Assembly (NCBI GenBank): GCA_963717465.1
Contig: OY970340.1
Span: 2,080,001-2,144,000 of the forward strand
Source of the DNA: Candidatus Bathyarchaeota archaeon
GTDB taxonomy: Archaea; Thermoproteota; Bathyarchaeia; Bathyarchaeales; Bathycorpusculaceae
DNA: 64,000 bases
Direction: 5' to 3'
The position numbers and the translations under genes are program-made. The notes below the pieces were generated by a model, which was not told the origin of the DNA, made no database searches, and was given only the letters and a program-made list of their open reading frames with translations. Shown one piece after another: positions 53,404 through 64,000 of this stretch (position 1 is its first letter; each line of letters begins with the position of its first letter).

Positions 53404-53814
53404 AGTCTCTCGCTTCTCTTTAACCCATCCGAAAAAATGCTTTGAATGTTATTTAAGCTTGTGCAGTATTGATCAATTTTTTAAATACTAATACAAAATA
53501 TTGATTAAAAGGTTTTGTTTTAATTCAATTTTTATTAAGCTTTTTTAATGAAAGCAACAATCATTGCTTATCCATGTTATTAGCTGTTAAACGGTTAGTT
53601 TTCCATTATTCGATTAAACATTAGCCTAAATAACATAAATTACATTTTTAATATGCTTAAGGCGTTTAATCTTAATGCAGGTCAATGGTTGCAATGGAAA
53701 AAAGATATCAGCATGCCGTTAAGGCGGAACAATCTCCTTTAAATAACCACTAGACGATTTGATAAAGCCTGTTAGATCATCTTTAATCAGGAGATTAATG
53801 GCGTGGGAATTCGG

Positions 53815-54624
53815 TTATTGAAATAATATTCTTTCAGCTCCAGTGTAAATGTTCATGCGTTCTCCTCTTACAAACCCGACTAAGGCAATGTTTGCTTTTT
53901 CAGCTGAAGTTATACCTGAAGAAGTCACGGCTGCCATGGAAGCAACGATTGGTAAGCCTACTTTTGCAGCTTTGTAAATCATATCGCCAGGAACCCGTCC
54001 AGTTATAGTCATAAAGCATTCGCTAAAGTCCACGTTGCTTAACGCTGCCATGCCGATTACTTTATCCACTGTGTTGTGTCGGCCGATATCCTCGGCGAAG
54101 GCGACAAGTGAGCCGTCGCTCTTGTAGATTGCACTATCGTGAAGGCCGCCTGTCTTTACAAAGCCCTTAGCAATTGTATTCATTGCTGTGACGCTTTTTA
54201 GGATTATTTGGGCTTTAACTTTTAATTTTGATTGAACTTTTTGGATTTTTTCGTCACGTTGATACGGCGAAGTGCTTTTCTTAATTAATGAAACTATTTT
54301 TGCATGTCCTGATAGTCTTTCTTCCATGTTAATGTTGTCTTTTAACTTGATTTGGCAAGCGTATTTGCCTTTTTCCCCTTCTTCTAAAATTAAGTTTTGA
54401 ATTTCGTTAATCGTTTTAATTATGTCTTCTGTTAGCAAATAGCCGACTGCAAGCTCTTTTAGCTGCATTGGTGAACACCAGATTACAAAGGAATAGTTTG
54501 AGTTTACAGTTAGGTGAAAAGGTACTTCAGATGCGACGTAATCAGTAGTTTTTTGGGCTTTTCCAGTTGAGAGATCGAGTTTTATTAGTTCGGTTGAAAG
54601 CATGCGTCTATTCACTCCAACCAT
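53815..54624 (-). CDS. fdhD: Sulfur carrier FdhD
   Basis: ELAVGYL, TGGLH, EDIGRHNTVDKVIG, GFVRG. Confidence 0.9.
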   Translation of the reverse strand: MVGVNRRMLSTELIKLDLSTGKAQKTTDYVASEVPFHLTVNSNYSFVIWCSPMQLKELAVGYLLTEDIIKTINEIQNLILEEGEKGKYACQIKLKDNINMEERLSGHAKIVSLIKKSTSPYQRDEKIQKVQSKLKVKAQIILKSVTAMNTIAKGFVKTGGLHDSAIYKSDGSLVAFAEDIGRHNTVDKVIGMAALSNVDFSECFMTITGRVPGDMIYKAAKVGLPIVASMAAVTSSGITSAEKANIALVGFVRGERMNIYTGAERILFQ

Positions 54625-54707
54625 TTCTTAAATCTTGCTATCTGTTTAGCTCGCTAAGATAATCTAATGTTATAAATTGTGAATATGCAATAATTCTGCA
54701 GTATTTA

Positions 54708-56696
54708 TTATGTGTTTTCAAGTTCTAATACGACTACTTCAGGATTGTTCGTTGGTGACGAGTAAACTTTTGTTAACCCGTCTTCTGATGTCGTGTTTCC
54801 AAACAAGAATCGGTAGTAGACCGAGTTTTGCATATTACTAGGCACTGAAACTCCATTGCCGTAAGCATGCCCTAATGCGTAATTTGATATTGTTGGAAGG
54901 ATTGGTACTTCCAGTGTTGAGAAAATGATGTAGGTAGCTCCATATTCTTTCATAATTTGAACCGTTGTAGAAGTATCATTGGTGCAATAAGCTAATGCTA
55001 CGTCTTTTAGCTGGGCTGCTGTTTGCACTGAGCCGTCAAAAACAGGGGTTCTATACGCTATATCATCAATCCAATATCCATAATCCCACCAAGTCATAAT
55101 TGTTGCATTAGTTGGCGTATGCTGGTTGCAATAAATTAATGCGTTGTTCCAATTAGTATCGATCGACATTGGTCTGGCAGTTTCCATAGTAAAGCTCGCA
55201 AAAGAAGTTAGAATAACACCGATTAGAAAAATTGTAATCAAGATTTTGTCTCTGGCTCGGAATGTTCTGAATTTTAAAAACATGGGCACAAATATGAAGC
55301 TAATTAAAGCGGCTGCTGCTGGTGCCATGTCAGTAATGAATCTTTGGGCAAAGAAGGCTAAAATGAAAGTGGTAAGGAACCAGCCTAACCAAAAGAGGTC
55401 TCCTTCGCTGCGTCGTTTGAGGGCGACAACGAACCCTGAGAATAATGGGATTAGCAATAGAGCGTAGCTCCATAAGTTTCCACCTTGGCTCTGCACTAGA
55501 CCTTGTGCTTCAGCGGCAGTGCTTGTTCCTCCAACAGCAAATTCAGTCATACCCACCAGTAAAGAGAGCATGTTAGGGAGACTTATTAAAATCAAAACAT
55601 TAACTAAAGTTACAAATAGAAATAGCTTCCAATGTGTCTGTTTTGTCGCTTTGATAAATCTTTTAGGTATGGTTTTTAAGCCGCCAACCACGAATTTCGA
55701 ATTTATCCTAAGATGACTTATTTCTGTTGGATGGTAGCCTTTAAAAGCGCCCTGCGAAAAGTAGCTGATGAATTCAAAGATTAAACATCCAAATATAATA
55801 GCGAACATTAGGGGTGGTCCAGCATTCCACTCCCAGAAAAGTACCCCTTCTATGCCCAAGAAGGCTATTCCCGCTATTAACCAACTCAAATTCCACTTTC
55901 CAATATTAAAATGCCAATTTCTCTGCAAATAATACACAAAAACCCCAAGCATAATTAGCAGCATGCTTAGCGCGTCACGGGTAAGGTATCCTGAAGCCTG
56001 AATAAGATAATCTGATGGGATTATTGCCATGGAAAAAGCAGCAAAAACACCTATAATCCAATTGTGAGTTTTAGTGGCCATTGCAAACATCAATAAGATT
56101 GTAGCAACAGCTAACACTAAAGGCAATACTTCTCCTGCTAAAACTAAAGCGCTTGAAGTGGAAATGTGAAAAATGGAAACAAAAACTATTGAAGTGTAAG
56201 CAAGCGGATAAGCTAAGCCAGTTCCTAAAGTAGGAGCAGGAAAGGCAGTGCTTCCTGAAATGATTATTTCGGCCATTCGATTAAAAAGGTATGAGTCAGG
56301 ACTAATTATGTAGTAATAATTTCCATCGAGAAGATGCCCAGTTCGCAGAATAATCGCGTAGATAATGATGCCTAAAAGAGCAGCAACCAGCACTATCTTT
56401 CTGGGAGGATGCAAGAGTCTTCTTTTGTATAACTCGTTATTAATAGTGGCTTTTTTGGCTTTTAGTGCCTTAATTTGTTCAACAGTAGCCTTTTTGGCTT
56501 TTAGTGCCTTAACTTTCTCGATAGTAACCTTTTTATCTCTTAATGCCTTGGCTTTCTCAATAGTAGTCTTTTTGACATTTAGAGCCTTAATTTGAGCGTC
56601 TGTTTCTTTCAGTTGACTCTTAAGATCTTCATCTGAACGTTTTTCAAGCGGGATTTCCACTTCTTCTATAGAACTCTCATCTTCCTCGCCGCTCAA
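54708..56696 (-). CDS. aglB: Oligosaccharyltransferase AglB/STT3
   Basis: SPDSY, many TM segments, TWWDYGYWI. Confidence 0.85.
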   Translation of the reverse strand: MSGEEDESSIEEVEIPLEKRSDEDLKSQLKETDAQIKALNVKKTTIEKAKALRDKKVTIEKVKALKAKKATVEQIKALKAKKATINNELYKRRLLHPPRKIVLVAALLGIIIYAIILRTGHLLDGNYYYIISPDSYLFNRMAEIIISGSTAFPAPTLGTGLAYPLAYTSIVFVSIFHISTSSALVLAGEVLPLVLAVATILLMFAMATKTHNWIIGVFAAFSMAIIPSDYLIQASGYLTRDALSMLLIMLGVFVYYLQRNWHFNIGKWNLSWLIAGIAFLGIEGVLFWEWNAGPPLMFAIIFGCLIFEFISYFSQGAFKGYHPTEISHLRINSKFVVGGLKTIPKRFIKATKQTHWKLFLFVTLVNVLILISLPNMLSLLVGMTEFAVGGTSTAAEAQGLVQSQGGNLWSYALLLIPLFSGFVVALKRRSEGDLFWLGWFLTTFILAFFAQRFITDMAPAAAALISFIFVPMFLKFRTFRARDKILITIFLIGVILTSFASFTMETARPMSIDTNWNNALIYCNQHTPTNATIMTWWDYGYWIDDIAYRTPVFDGSVQTAAQLKDVALAYCTNDTSTTVQIMKEYGATYIIFSTLEVPILPTISNYALGHAYGNGVSVPSNMQNSVYYRFLFGNTTSEDGLTKVYSSPTNNPEVVVLELENT
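56440..56595 (-). repeat. Four 39-bp (13-aa) coding repeats in the aglB N-terminus
   Basis: TTTTTGGCTTTTAGTGCCTTAA at 56452 and 56491; QIKALNVKKTTIE / KAKALRDKKVTIE / KVKALKAKKATVE / QIKALKAKKATIN. Confidence 0.85.
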
Positions 56697-57066
56697 AGAC
56701 GTCCCCCACCAACTGTATAATTCTTGTAGGACGCATTATAAGAAAGATGGCGATATAAAAAGGAAGCTGTAATTCAAAGCATTAAATTGATTGTATCAGT
56801 GAAGAGCATGTTGAGCATGCAAATTAAAGATATTCAAGAAAAAGTATGATGATGTGCGAGTCAGGTTTTTAGTTTTCTATGCCTTTGATTCGTATAACTT
56901 ATTTCGTCTTTAATGGGTCGGTTTCCTCTCAAGTTGATTTAGCGTTGGATCTTGATTTTATTGCAATTGATTCTAAAAAATCGTGGAAATTTCAAAAACG
57001 GAATAAGTTTTAATACCTCCCGCGTTCCTATTAGTTTTCTCTGCATAATGGAAGGAGAGAGGGCGC

Positions 57067-57507
57067 ATGTCGAGTCATTCATCTCTTGAACATGTTAAGT
57101 TCGACGGGTATGCTGATTCTCATTCGTCTTTTTTGCGGGGTAATCAAGTTCTCTCTGTTGGGAAGCTGTTAAAAGTTAAGAATTTCGCTTTACGTCGTGG
57201 TGTCTGGTTTAGAGTCTTGAGCCGCCTTGAGCGGGGAGTCATAGATCTTACCATAAAATGTGTTGACAGCGTTAAGAGTCTAAGGCTGGCTGGAGTGTTG
57301 GCAGCCATTGTTCAGAAGCTACAACAAGCAACAGAAAGCCTAATTGAGCGGCTAACAAGAACTATTGGCGTCCCCTTTGCGGAAAGAATTAGTGGAATAG
57401 CTGTAAGTTGGGGTAATAAGACGGCTAAAAACTGGTCAAGTGATTTATCTTTTGCAGCTTTTTTAGCTGTGATGAAAATAAGCGATGAGCATATTGAATG
57501 TATTTGA
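57067..57507 (+). CDS. Hypothetical protein
   Basis: 146-aa ORF with purine-rich SD; first gene of the glycosyltransferase run. Confidence 0.65.
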   Translation: MSSHSSLEHVKFDGYADSHSSFLRGNQVLSVGKLLKVKNFALRRGVWFRVLSRLERGVIDLTIKCVDSVKSLRLAGVLAAIVQKLQQATESLIERLTRTIGVPFAERISGIAVSWGNKTAKNWSSDLSFAAFLAVMKISDEHIECI

Positions 57508-57514
57508 AGGATAA

Positions 57515-58492
57515 ATGAATTTGAAGAAAGTTTTGATTACTGGTAGCGAGGACGCCCAAGTTTTGGAAGCTAATAAAGGTGGTTTGCTTGTTGTTGCGGG
57601 TATTCCAGCATATAATGAAGAAAAAACCATTGCGCAGGTTATATTGGTTGCTCAAAGATATGCTGACGTTGTGGTTGTTTGTGATGATGGGTCATCTGAC
57701 TTAACGGGAGAAATCGCAAGCAAGCTTGGAGCGGTCGTTGTACGCCACGAGAAAAATCGAGGTTATGGGGCAGCTTTGCAAAGCCTTTTCAAGAAAGCAA
57801 AAGAATTAAATGCAGATGTTTTGGTTACTTTAGATTCGGATGGGCAGCATGATCCTGCTGAAATTCCGCGACTAGTAAAGCCCATCGAAGACGGGTTTGC
57901 GGAGGTTGTTTTGGGTAGTCGATTCATGGATGCGAAAGGGTCTGCTGACATGCCTGCCTATAGGCAATTGGGCGTGAAAGTTATTACTAGGTTAAGTAAT
58001 GGGTCCGGGAAGAACGCTGTCAGCGATGCCCAAAGCGGTTTTAGAGCTTATAGTAAGGTTGCTATGGAAAAGTTAAGTGGTATATATGAAAATGGTATGA
58101 GTGCCAGCATAGAAATTATCCGTGCAATTAACAAAAGTGGGTTGAAAGTTTATGAGGTTCCAATTTCTTGCAGTTATGGCGATGTGGTAGGCGTGAAAAC
58201 TTCAACAGAAAATCCGTTTAGACATGGTGTAAGTATCATTATGTCAATTGTACGGCTTGTGGTCGAAGATAGACCGATAACATGCTTAGGAATACCTGGG
58301 ATAATGTCACTAGTGGTAGGTATTTTTTTTGGAGTTTGGATGCTAAATCTATATGCACTTGAAAATAGAATAGTAACAAACATAGCATTGGCCGCTATTT
58401 CTTTTATTTTCATAGGTTTCTTCTTGATGTCTACGGCTATCATGTTATACGGGATGGCACGTCTCAGCCAAAAAATAGCAAAAAATCAATAG
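57515..58492 (+). CDS. GT2 glycosyltransferase (Dol-P-sugar synthase-like)
   Basis: IPAYNEE, DDGSSD, DSDGQH, DAQSGFRAY, two C-terminal TM. Confidence 0.9.
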   Translation: MNLKKVLITGSEDAQVLEANKGGLLVVAGIPAYNEEKTIAQVILVAQRYADVVVVCDDGSSDLTGEIASKLGAVVVRHEKNRGYGAALQSLFKKAKELNADVLVTLDSDGQHDPAEIPRLVKPIEDGFAEVVLGSRFMDAKGSADMPAYRQLGVKVITRLSNGSGKNAVSDAQSGFRAYSKVAMEKLSGIYENGMSASIEIIRAINKSGLKVYEVPISCSYGDVVGVKTSTENPFRHGVSIIMSIVRLVVEDRPITCLGIPGIMSLVVGIFFGVWMLNLYALENRIVTNIALAAISFIFIGFFLMSTAIMLYGMARLSQKIAKNQ

Positions 58493-58587
58493 GCTAAACT
58501 TATATTTTATTTTTTTAGCGAAGTTCAGGATGGGCATTAACTATTCAAAGCGAAAAGCCAAGTCGTCCTTCAATTTCAGTTGTCATT

Positions 58588-59523
58588 GTGGTAAAGAATG
58601 GAGAAAAAACCGTTCGTGAGTGTCTCGATTCAGTATTTGATCAGGATAGACTTGATGAGACTTTTGAAGTTATTGTTGTGGACGGAGGCTCTACAGACAA
58701 AACTCTGACTATTGTCCAAAATTATCCCATTCGGATTATCGTAGAAAATGGCGGAACAATTGGTCACTGTAGAAATCTTGGCGTTCAAGCTTCTTTAGGT
58801 AAATACATTGCGTTTACTGATTCGGATTGCGTAGTTGCAAAAGACTGGCTAAAATCTCTTCTTTTTGAGTTGAGAAGTAAGCCTGATATTGTAGCTGTTG
58901 GTGGTCCCAATTTGGTGCTTGATTTGGATTTCCCTTTAAGTAAAGTTATAGGGTACATGCAAGGAACCTTTCTTGGCTCAGGGGGGTCGCCGCAGTCTTA
59001 TAATTTAAAAGATTTAAAATATGTTTATTCTCTTGCTAATTGTAATGCAATGTATAGAAAAGAAGTTCTTCTTAAAGAAAGCTTTGATGACTCGTTTAAT
59101 GTTGGCGAAGATTTGGAGCTAAACTTTAGGCTTTCGCAAAAAGGGTGCTCTTTTCTTTATCTCCCTACCGCTGTAGTATGGCACAAGCGACCGAACGGCT
59201 TTCACAAATTTTTCAATAAGATGTTCATTTATGGCAAGGCGATGGCTGAAGTGTGTAAAAAACATAAAAAGTTGGTTCGACTTTATGCTCCAGTTCCATC
59301 CCTTTCCTTTATTGCCTTGCTTGCTATGCTTCTTTCTATCAGCCTTTTTCCGGTAATGGCATATGTAGTCTTAGGTGCGCTGTTAATTTACGTTGGAATT
59401 TTATTTGCCTGTACTATTGAGGTACACTCAAAATTTCGTAGTAAAGCATCCATGCAGGTGATTTTTCTTTTGCCCCTTCAGCATATAGGATATGCTTTCG
59501 GTTTTTTAAAGGGTTTACTATGA
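58588..59523 (+). CDS. GT2 glycosyltransferase
   Basis: VVDGGSTD, FTDSD, GED; true start lies upstream. Confidence 0.88.
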   Translation: MVKNGEKTVRECLDSVFDQDRLDETFEVIVVDGGSTDKTLTIVQNYPIRIIVENGGTIGHCRNLGVQASLGKYIAFTDSDCVVAKDWLKSLLFELRSKPDIVAVGGPNLVLDLDFPLSKVIGYMQGTFLGSGGSPQSYNLKDLKYVYSLANCNAMYRKEVLLKESFDDSFNVGEDLELNFRLSQKGCSFLYLPTAVVWHKRPNGFHKFFNKMFIYGKAMAEVCKKHKKLVRLYAPVPSLSFIALLAMLLSISLFPVMAYVVLGALLIYVGILFACTIEVHSKFRSKASMQVIFLLPLQHIGYAFGFLKGLL

Positions 59524-59553
59524 AGTTTTCGATAGTGTGGAGGATACAAGGTT

Positions 59554-60594
59554 ACGACTTCTAAACTTGCATTTGTCAGTGTGGTAGTGCTTAATTACAA
59601 TGGCAAACCCTTTCTCGACAAATGCTTCACTGCTCTTTCACGATTAAGCTATCCTGCTTCTCTTTATGAAGTTATAATGGTAGATAATGCATCCACAGAC
59701 GGAAGCGTTGCGTATGTACAAAAATTCTATCCCTCGGTGCGTATTTTATCTTTAAACAGAAATTTGGGTTATACAGGCGGAAATAATAAGGGAGCTGAGG
59801 TAGCAAAGGGCGACTTGATAGCTTTTCTTAACAGCGACACTTCTGTGGATAAAGATTGGTTGAGTGAATTGGTTAGTGTTTTGATTAAGGATGAAAGAAT
59901 TGGGGTTTGTGGTAGTAAGATAGTTTTTGCTGAAAGCAACGAAATTCAGTATGATGGCGGTTTTGTAAATCTTATGGGGAGTGTTGTTTTTCACCCAGTG
60001 CAGAAGAGGGCTGTTGATGGCTTTTATCTGGTTGGTTCAATTTGTGGAGCTGCCTTCCTAATTAAAAAGAAAATACTTAAGGAATTAGGTTACTTCGATG
60101 AAGATTTTTTTATGTATTCAGATGAAAGTGACCTCTGTTTGAGAGCATGGCTTTATGGTTACAGAGTTGCGTACGTTCCTAGTTCAGTTATTTATCATTA
60201 CAGCGGAGGCTCCCAGTCAGAATTCAGCAACGAAAAAAACTTGTTGACCGCTCGATTAAGGTCTGATATGACTATTTTTCATGGAAACAAGAATTCATTG
60301 TCTTCGATTATAAAAAATTTTGAGCCAAAGCAAATCGTAATCGGCACTTTGGTTTCGTTCTTTTACATTTTCTTCCAAAATCTAATGTTGCTAAAAAATT
60401 CAGAGCCTAAAAAAATTAAGCTTTTAATTTCAGCCTCCATATGGCCTATAAGGCACTTTAGATTGCTGTGGAAGAAGCGTTTAATCATTCAGCGAAAGCG
60501 AATAGTGAGTGACAAGTGGCTTCTTGGAAATGGGTTGTTAATTTCAATGCATAATACTTTAATTTTACTTTTAAGAAGTCGATCCAATGTTTAA
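59554..60594 (+). CDS. GT2 glycosyltransferase (rhamnosyltransferase-like)
   Basis: VVLNYNG, DNASTD, FLNSD, FDEDFFMY; start uncertain (59554 or 59581). Confidence 0.88.
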   Translation, partial: TTSKLAFVSVVVLNYNGKPFLDKCFTALSRLSYPASLYEVIMVDNASTDGSVAYVQKFYPSVRILSLNRNLGYTGGNNKGAEVAKGDLIAFLNSDTSVDKDWLSELVSVLIKDERIGVCGSKIVFAESNEIQYDGGFVNLMGSVVFHPVQKRAVDGFYLVGSICGAAFLIKKKILKELGYFDEDFFMYSDESDLCLRAWLYGYRVAYVPSSVIYHYSGGSQSEFSNEKNLLTARLRSDMTIFHGNKNSLSSIIKNFEPKQIVIGTLVSFFYIFFQNLMLLKNSEPKKIKLLISASIWPIRHFRLLWKKRLIIQRKRIVSDKWLLGNGLLISMHNTLILLLRSRSNV

Positions 60595-60670
60595 TTGAAA
60601 TGGGAAAGTCAATTACCTGATATTTCCTCAAAATATTACTCAATTTAACGCGCTTTTAGACTAAAAGCTT

Positions 60671-61300
60671 CTAAAGATTTTTTGCAACCTTTATGAAGTT
60701 GTCAATGTCATGTGACAGCATAAAAGGAAGCATTCTTTTCACTTTATCGTCGGGCCAATCCCACCATGAAATTCTTAAAAGATCGAGGATTTGTTCAGGC
60801 GAAAAACGATACTTGATGATTTTTGCAGGATTACCTCCAACTATGGCGTAGGGCGGGACATCTTTTACTACAAGAGAATCCATTGCTATGACAGCTCCAT
60901 TTCTAACCGTTACACCTTGCCTTATAGTTGTTCCATTGCCAATCCAGACGTCATTATTTATTATGATAGGTGCTGCTGGAATTTTAGAAGCGTCTATGAC
61001 TCCCTTATTATAATATGGATTCGCTGGCGTGTCTGTTTGCCACTTTTTATAAAATTCAACAAAAGGGTAAGTTGTTACCAAATCATAATCATGCTTTCCT
61101 AAAAATGCAAAAGTGATGTTCGAGCCAAAAGAACAGTATTTGCCTATCCTACTGCCGCTCATAAGATACGGAAGCCAAGGCATATAACCTGCAATCTTCG
61201 GTTGTGGACCATAGGAATGTTTTCCAAATACTATTTTGACCCCCGGCTTTTTGTTTTCAAGTTCTATTAGATAACGACCCAAACGAGCTAAACTTGACAA
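60671..61300 (-). CDS. CatB/Vat-like hexapeptide O-acetyltransferase
   Basis: NDVWIG, GAVIA, KDVPPYAIVGGNPAKIIKYRF, WWDW. Confidence 0.9.
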   Translation of the reverse strand: MSSLARLGRYLIELENKKPGVKIVFGKHSYGPQPKIAGYMPWLPYLMSGSRIGKYCSFGSNITFAFLGKHDYDLVTTYPFVEFYKKWQTDTPANPYYNKGVIDASKIPAAPIIINNDVWIGNGTTIRQGVTVRNGAVIAMDSLVVKDVPPYAIVGGNPAKIIKYRFSPEQILDLLRISWWDWPDDKVKRMLPFMLSHDIDNFIKVAKNL

Positions 61301-61886
61301 GACTTATTCTCCTTCCATTAAGTCTGATGCATGCTATTACTTTTTTGAGTTTCGGTATATGCTTTTTAGTTTTTTAATTTTTACTTACAGCGTGCTAAAA
61401 AGTGACCGAGTAAGATATTTTCATCCGTTTGGTTGATGTCAACCTAAACATTTTCCCTTTTTATTGGAGGCTCATTTGTTGGAATTTAGTAAGGATTTTG
61501 TCATTAAATCTTTCCGACCTCGCAAACATAGATCATGAAGCGACAAGGGAAAACACTACGAGTTATCCAAAAAATCGCAAAAAATGGACGCAATAAATCT
61601 GTTCTCATATTTATTTGAAATCCATCGTAATTTAACTGGTAAGGATTAATTAGAATTTTTAAAACGATTTAAAAAAGTATATTTTTAAACATATTAAATT
61701 TCAATTGAATTTCAATTCTTATTAATAATATTTTCTAAGATAAGATAGCATATCAGGCTTAGAAAACTCTTAAAAAGCACTTGATTGCCAATTAAGTAGG
61801 AAGCTAAAACGGCAAGGTTGAAGGCTAGTTTAAGACGCTCATAATATTATCGAAAACCGAGAAATTGAGGTGGAAAAACGACTGAG

Positions 61887-62981
61887 TTGAAACGTAAAAA
61901 AGGATTAGCTTTTCTTTTTGATCGTTCAGTTAAAAAAATACGACAAAACGGGTTTTCTGGATTATTTTCTTATATTTCTGACCGTATTAGCAAAAATGTC
62001 CAAAATAAGTTGGCTTTTTATGGTTTTGGCACGCCAAGGCTTCAGATGGTATGTCTCGAGTTGACTAGTGATTGTAATTTGGGTTGTAAGATGTGTTTTT
62101 CGGCAAAGTATAGGGAAACAAATAAGCCCAGATATATTAAACTTGAAGATTGTAAACGTATTTTGAATGAGTTGGCCCTGCTTAAATGCTCCCTCGCCTT
62201 AAATTTTAGCGGTGAAAGTACGCTTCATCCTGATTTCAAGGAAATTATTAAATATGCTAGTAGTTTACGGTCTTTAGGTTTAAAGAGTGTAGGTTTCATC
62301 ACTAATGGCATGTTGTTTGATGAGGAAATAGCTAAGGTATGTGTTAAGGCTAAGGTTGATAATATCACTTTTAGCTTAAATGGTATCGGCAAGGTTAATG
62401 ATGACTGGCGTGTTGGTGCTGATTACCAAGTTATCTCGGATAATATTAAACAACTTATCAGTTTAAGAGACAAAAATACTGTTCCGCGAGTGGAGATTAA
62501 TCTTATTGATTTTGGCAATAAACAAGCAAATAATGAGTTTTTGAAGGCTTGGTTGCCGATTGTAGATGCCATTGAAGTTTCGCCTTTGCAGAATCCGCAG
62601 AGAAAAACGGCTTATGATAACTTTTTTGATGATTCAGAATTTTGTTCTGTCAAGGTTTGTCCTTTTCCAAGTTATTTCATGGGTATTTTAGCTAATGGTC
62701 AAGCGACCACCTGCTGTGCTGATGATAATGCTGAGTTGAATTTGGGGAATGTTATTGAAACTTCAGTTAAGGATGTTTGGTATAACACAAAATATTCTTT
62801 GTTAAGACGGAATCTTAGGAAAGACAAGCCTTCGGGGATTTGTTGTGGTTGTAATTTTTGGAGTAAGAAATTCATAAGTAAGATTAGTATCACTTCTGAT
62901 TTTGAGGTTTTGTACAGTGATTGGTTCAAGTTTTATTCAAAGCATTATGGAACTCAAAATGACAAGGAGATAAAAAATTAA
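61887..62981 (+). CDS. Radical SAM/SPASM protein
   Basis: CNLGCKMC, GESTLHP, CPFP...CC.D...LGNV...CCGC. Confidence 0.9.
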   Translation: MKRKKGLAFLFDRSVKKIRQNGFSGLFSYISDRISKNVQNKLAFYGFGTPRLQMVCLELTSDCNLGCKMCFSAKYRETNKPRYIKLEDCKRILNELALLKCSLALNFSGESTLHPDFKEIIKYASSLRSLGLKSVGFITNGMLFDEEIAKVCVKAKVDNITFSLNGIGKVNDDWRVGADYQVISDNIKQLISLRDKNTVPRVEINLIDFGNKQANNEFLKAWLPIVDAIEVSPLQNPQRKTAYDNFFDDSEFCSVKVCPFPSYFMGILANGQATTCCADDNAELNLGNVIETSVKDVWYNTKYSLLRRNLRKDKPSGICCGCNFWSKKFISKISITSDFEVLYSDWFKFYSKHYGTQNDKEIKN

Positions 62982-63297
62982 GTTTAATAGTATTGCGTTG
63001 CGTGTAGCAAGCTTGCCCTTGGTAAAAACAATTTTTCTTTTCTTCATTGTCTTGTTCTAAAACATGCATTTGTTTTCTTGGCACGTTCCAAGTTTATAAA
63101 TTTTCAAGCGAAGATTTAACTTTGCTAATTCCAATTCGCTATCAACGACTTTGTACACATTGAACAATTCGCTGATTTTGCTTTGTTGAAAAAATCTTGT
63201 TTGTTAATCGTGTTGATATTTTTTTGAAACTAGATGTCTTGAGGCTGCCGATGGGTCCTACTTATTTAGGATTTCTTTCTTCTTGTGCCCGATGGTT

Positions 63298-64000
63298 TCA
63301 TGATTTAATTTCAATTTTTCTGCTTGTTTCTTTTGTTAATCCGCTTTTCAAATCACGGTACTTCAATCCTTTCAAATGCTCCAATACAAAAGCTAAATAA
63401 TGATAATAAGGGAAATACTTAGTTAATAATTTGTTAAATGCTTGCTTGCGTGCGGCTTCACTGTTGACACTTTTGCCATGAAGACGATAAAGATGCAAGG
63501 GTTCTCCGACGCTCAAGCCGCAGAATCCAGCCTTCAAAGCGCGAAGACACCAATCATAATCTTCGCATCCGTCCAATGTTTCATCTAAGCCGCCAACTTC
63601 ATTAAAAACGTTTTTAGGAATTAAAGCTGCGCCTAGTTGACCGCCTACATAACGCCAGCCTAAAAGCCACGTTATCTTCGACATGCTAGGCAAATCTACA
63701 AGTGATTTGTCGCCGAAACCTTGAAAGCCTGTCCATACGAATCCGACTCTGCTATTATTCTTTTCACTTAAGTAACGATTCAGGCAAGCTTCAACATATC
63801 GCGGTTTAAGTTTGTCGTCCGCGCCTAAAAATATGAGAAATTTGCCATGTGCAAGCGTTGCGCCGAAGTTACTTGCATGTGCAGGAGTTCGCTTGCCCTC
63901 ATGTTTAATACGAACATAGGCAACGTCACTATAACGCTTTGCTACTCTTGCGATGTCCTCAGTGCTCTCATCATCCACGACTATCAATTCAACATTGTGA
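63298..64000 (-). CDS. GT2 glycosyltransferase, 5' end outside window
   Basis: VVDDEST, FLGADD, CEDYDW. Confidence 0.88.
   Translation of the reverse strand, partial: HNVELIVVDDESTEDIARVAKRYSDVAYVRIKHEGKRTPAHASNFGATLAHGKFLIFLGADDKLKPRYVEACLNRYLSEKNNSRVGFVWTGFQGFGDKSLVDLPSMSKITWLLGWRYVGGQLGAALIPKNVFNEVGGLDETLDGCEDYDWCLRALKAGFCGLSVGEPLHLYRLHGKSVNSEAARKQAFNKLLTKYFPYYHYLAFVLEHLKGLKYRDLKSGLTKETSRKIEIKS

Overview
Archaeal chromosomal window, probably Bathyarchaeia (inferred from pelota, AglB, GGR, ThiDN, archaeal tRNAs and TATA promoters). Housekeeping blocks: thiamine synthesis, purB, proBA, hppA, pelota, rnhB, nrdJ-cobO, Mo/W-cofactor genes, GGR, fdhD and an aglB/glycosyltransferase cluster. These flank an accessory zone at about 23.9-38.2 kb. 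Main finding: the host tRNA-Ala(GGC) gene is split in its D-arm by a 1,993-bp element bounded by GATCAGT repeats. The element does not rebuild the target. It instead carries a tyrosine integrase, a VOC protein and its own divergent tRNA-Ala(GGC), which lacks the target core. Other findings: an archaeal TPP riboswitch leading thiC-thiDN-thiW; a tRNA-Gln-adjacent island with two rolling-circle Rep remnants that share one TGA; three mosaic beta-propeller surface proteins, two preceded by an identical structured leader. Many genes carry single-base insertions that are probably long-read errors, so pseudogene calls here are unreliable. All calls are from reading the sequence; no searches were run.
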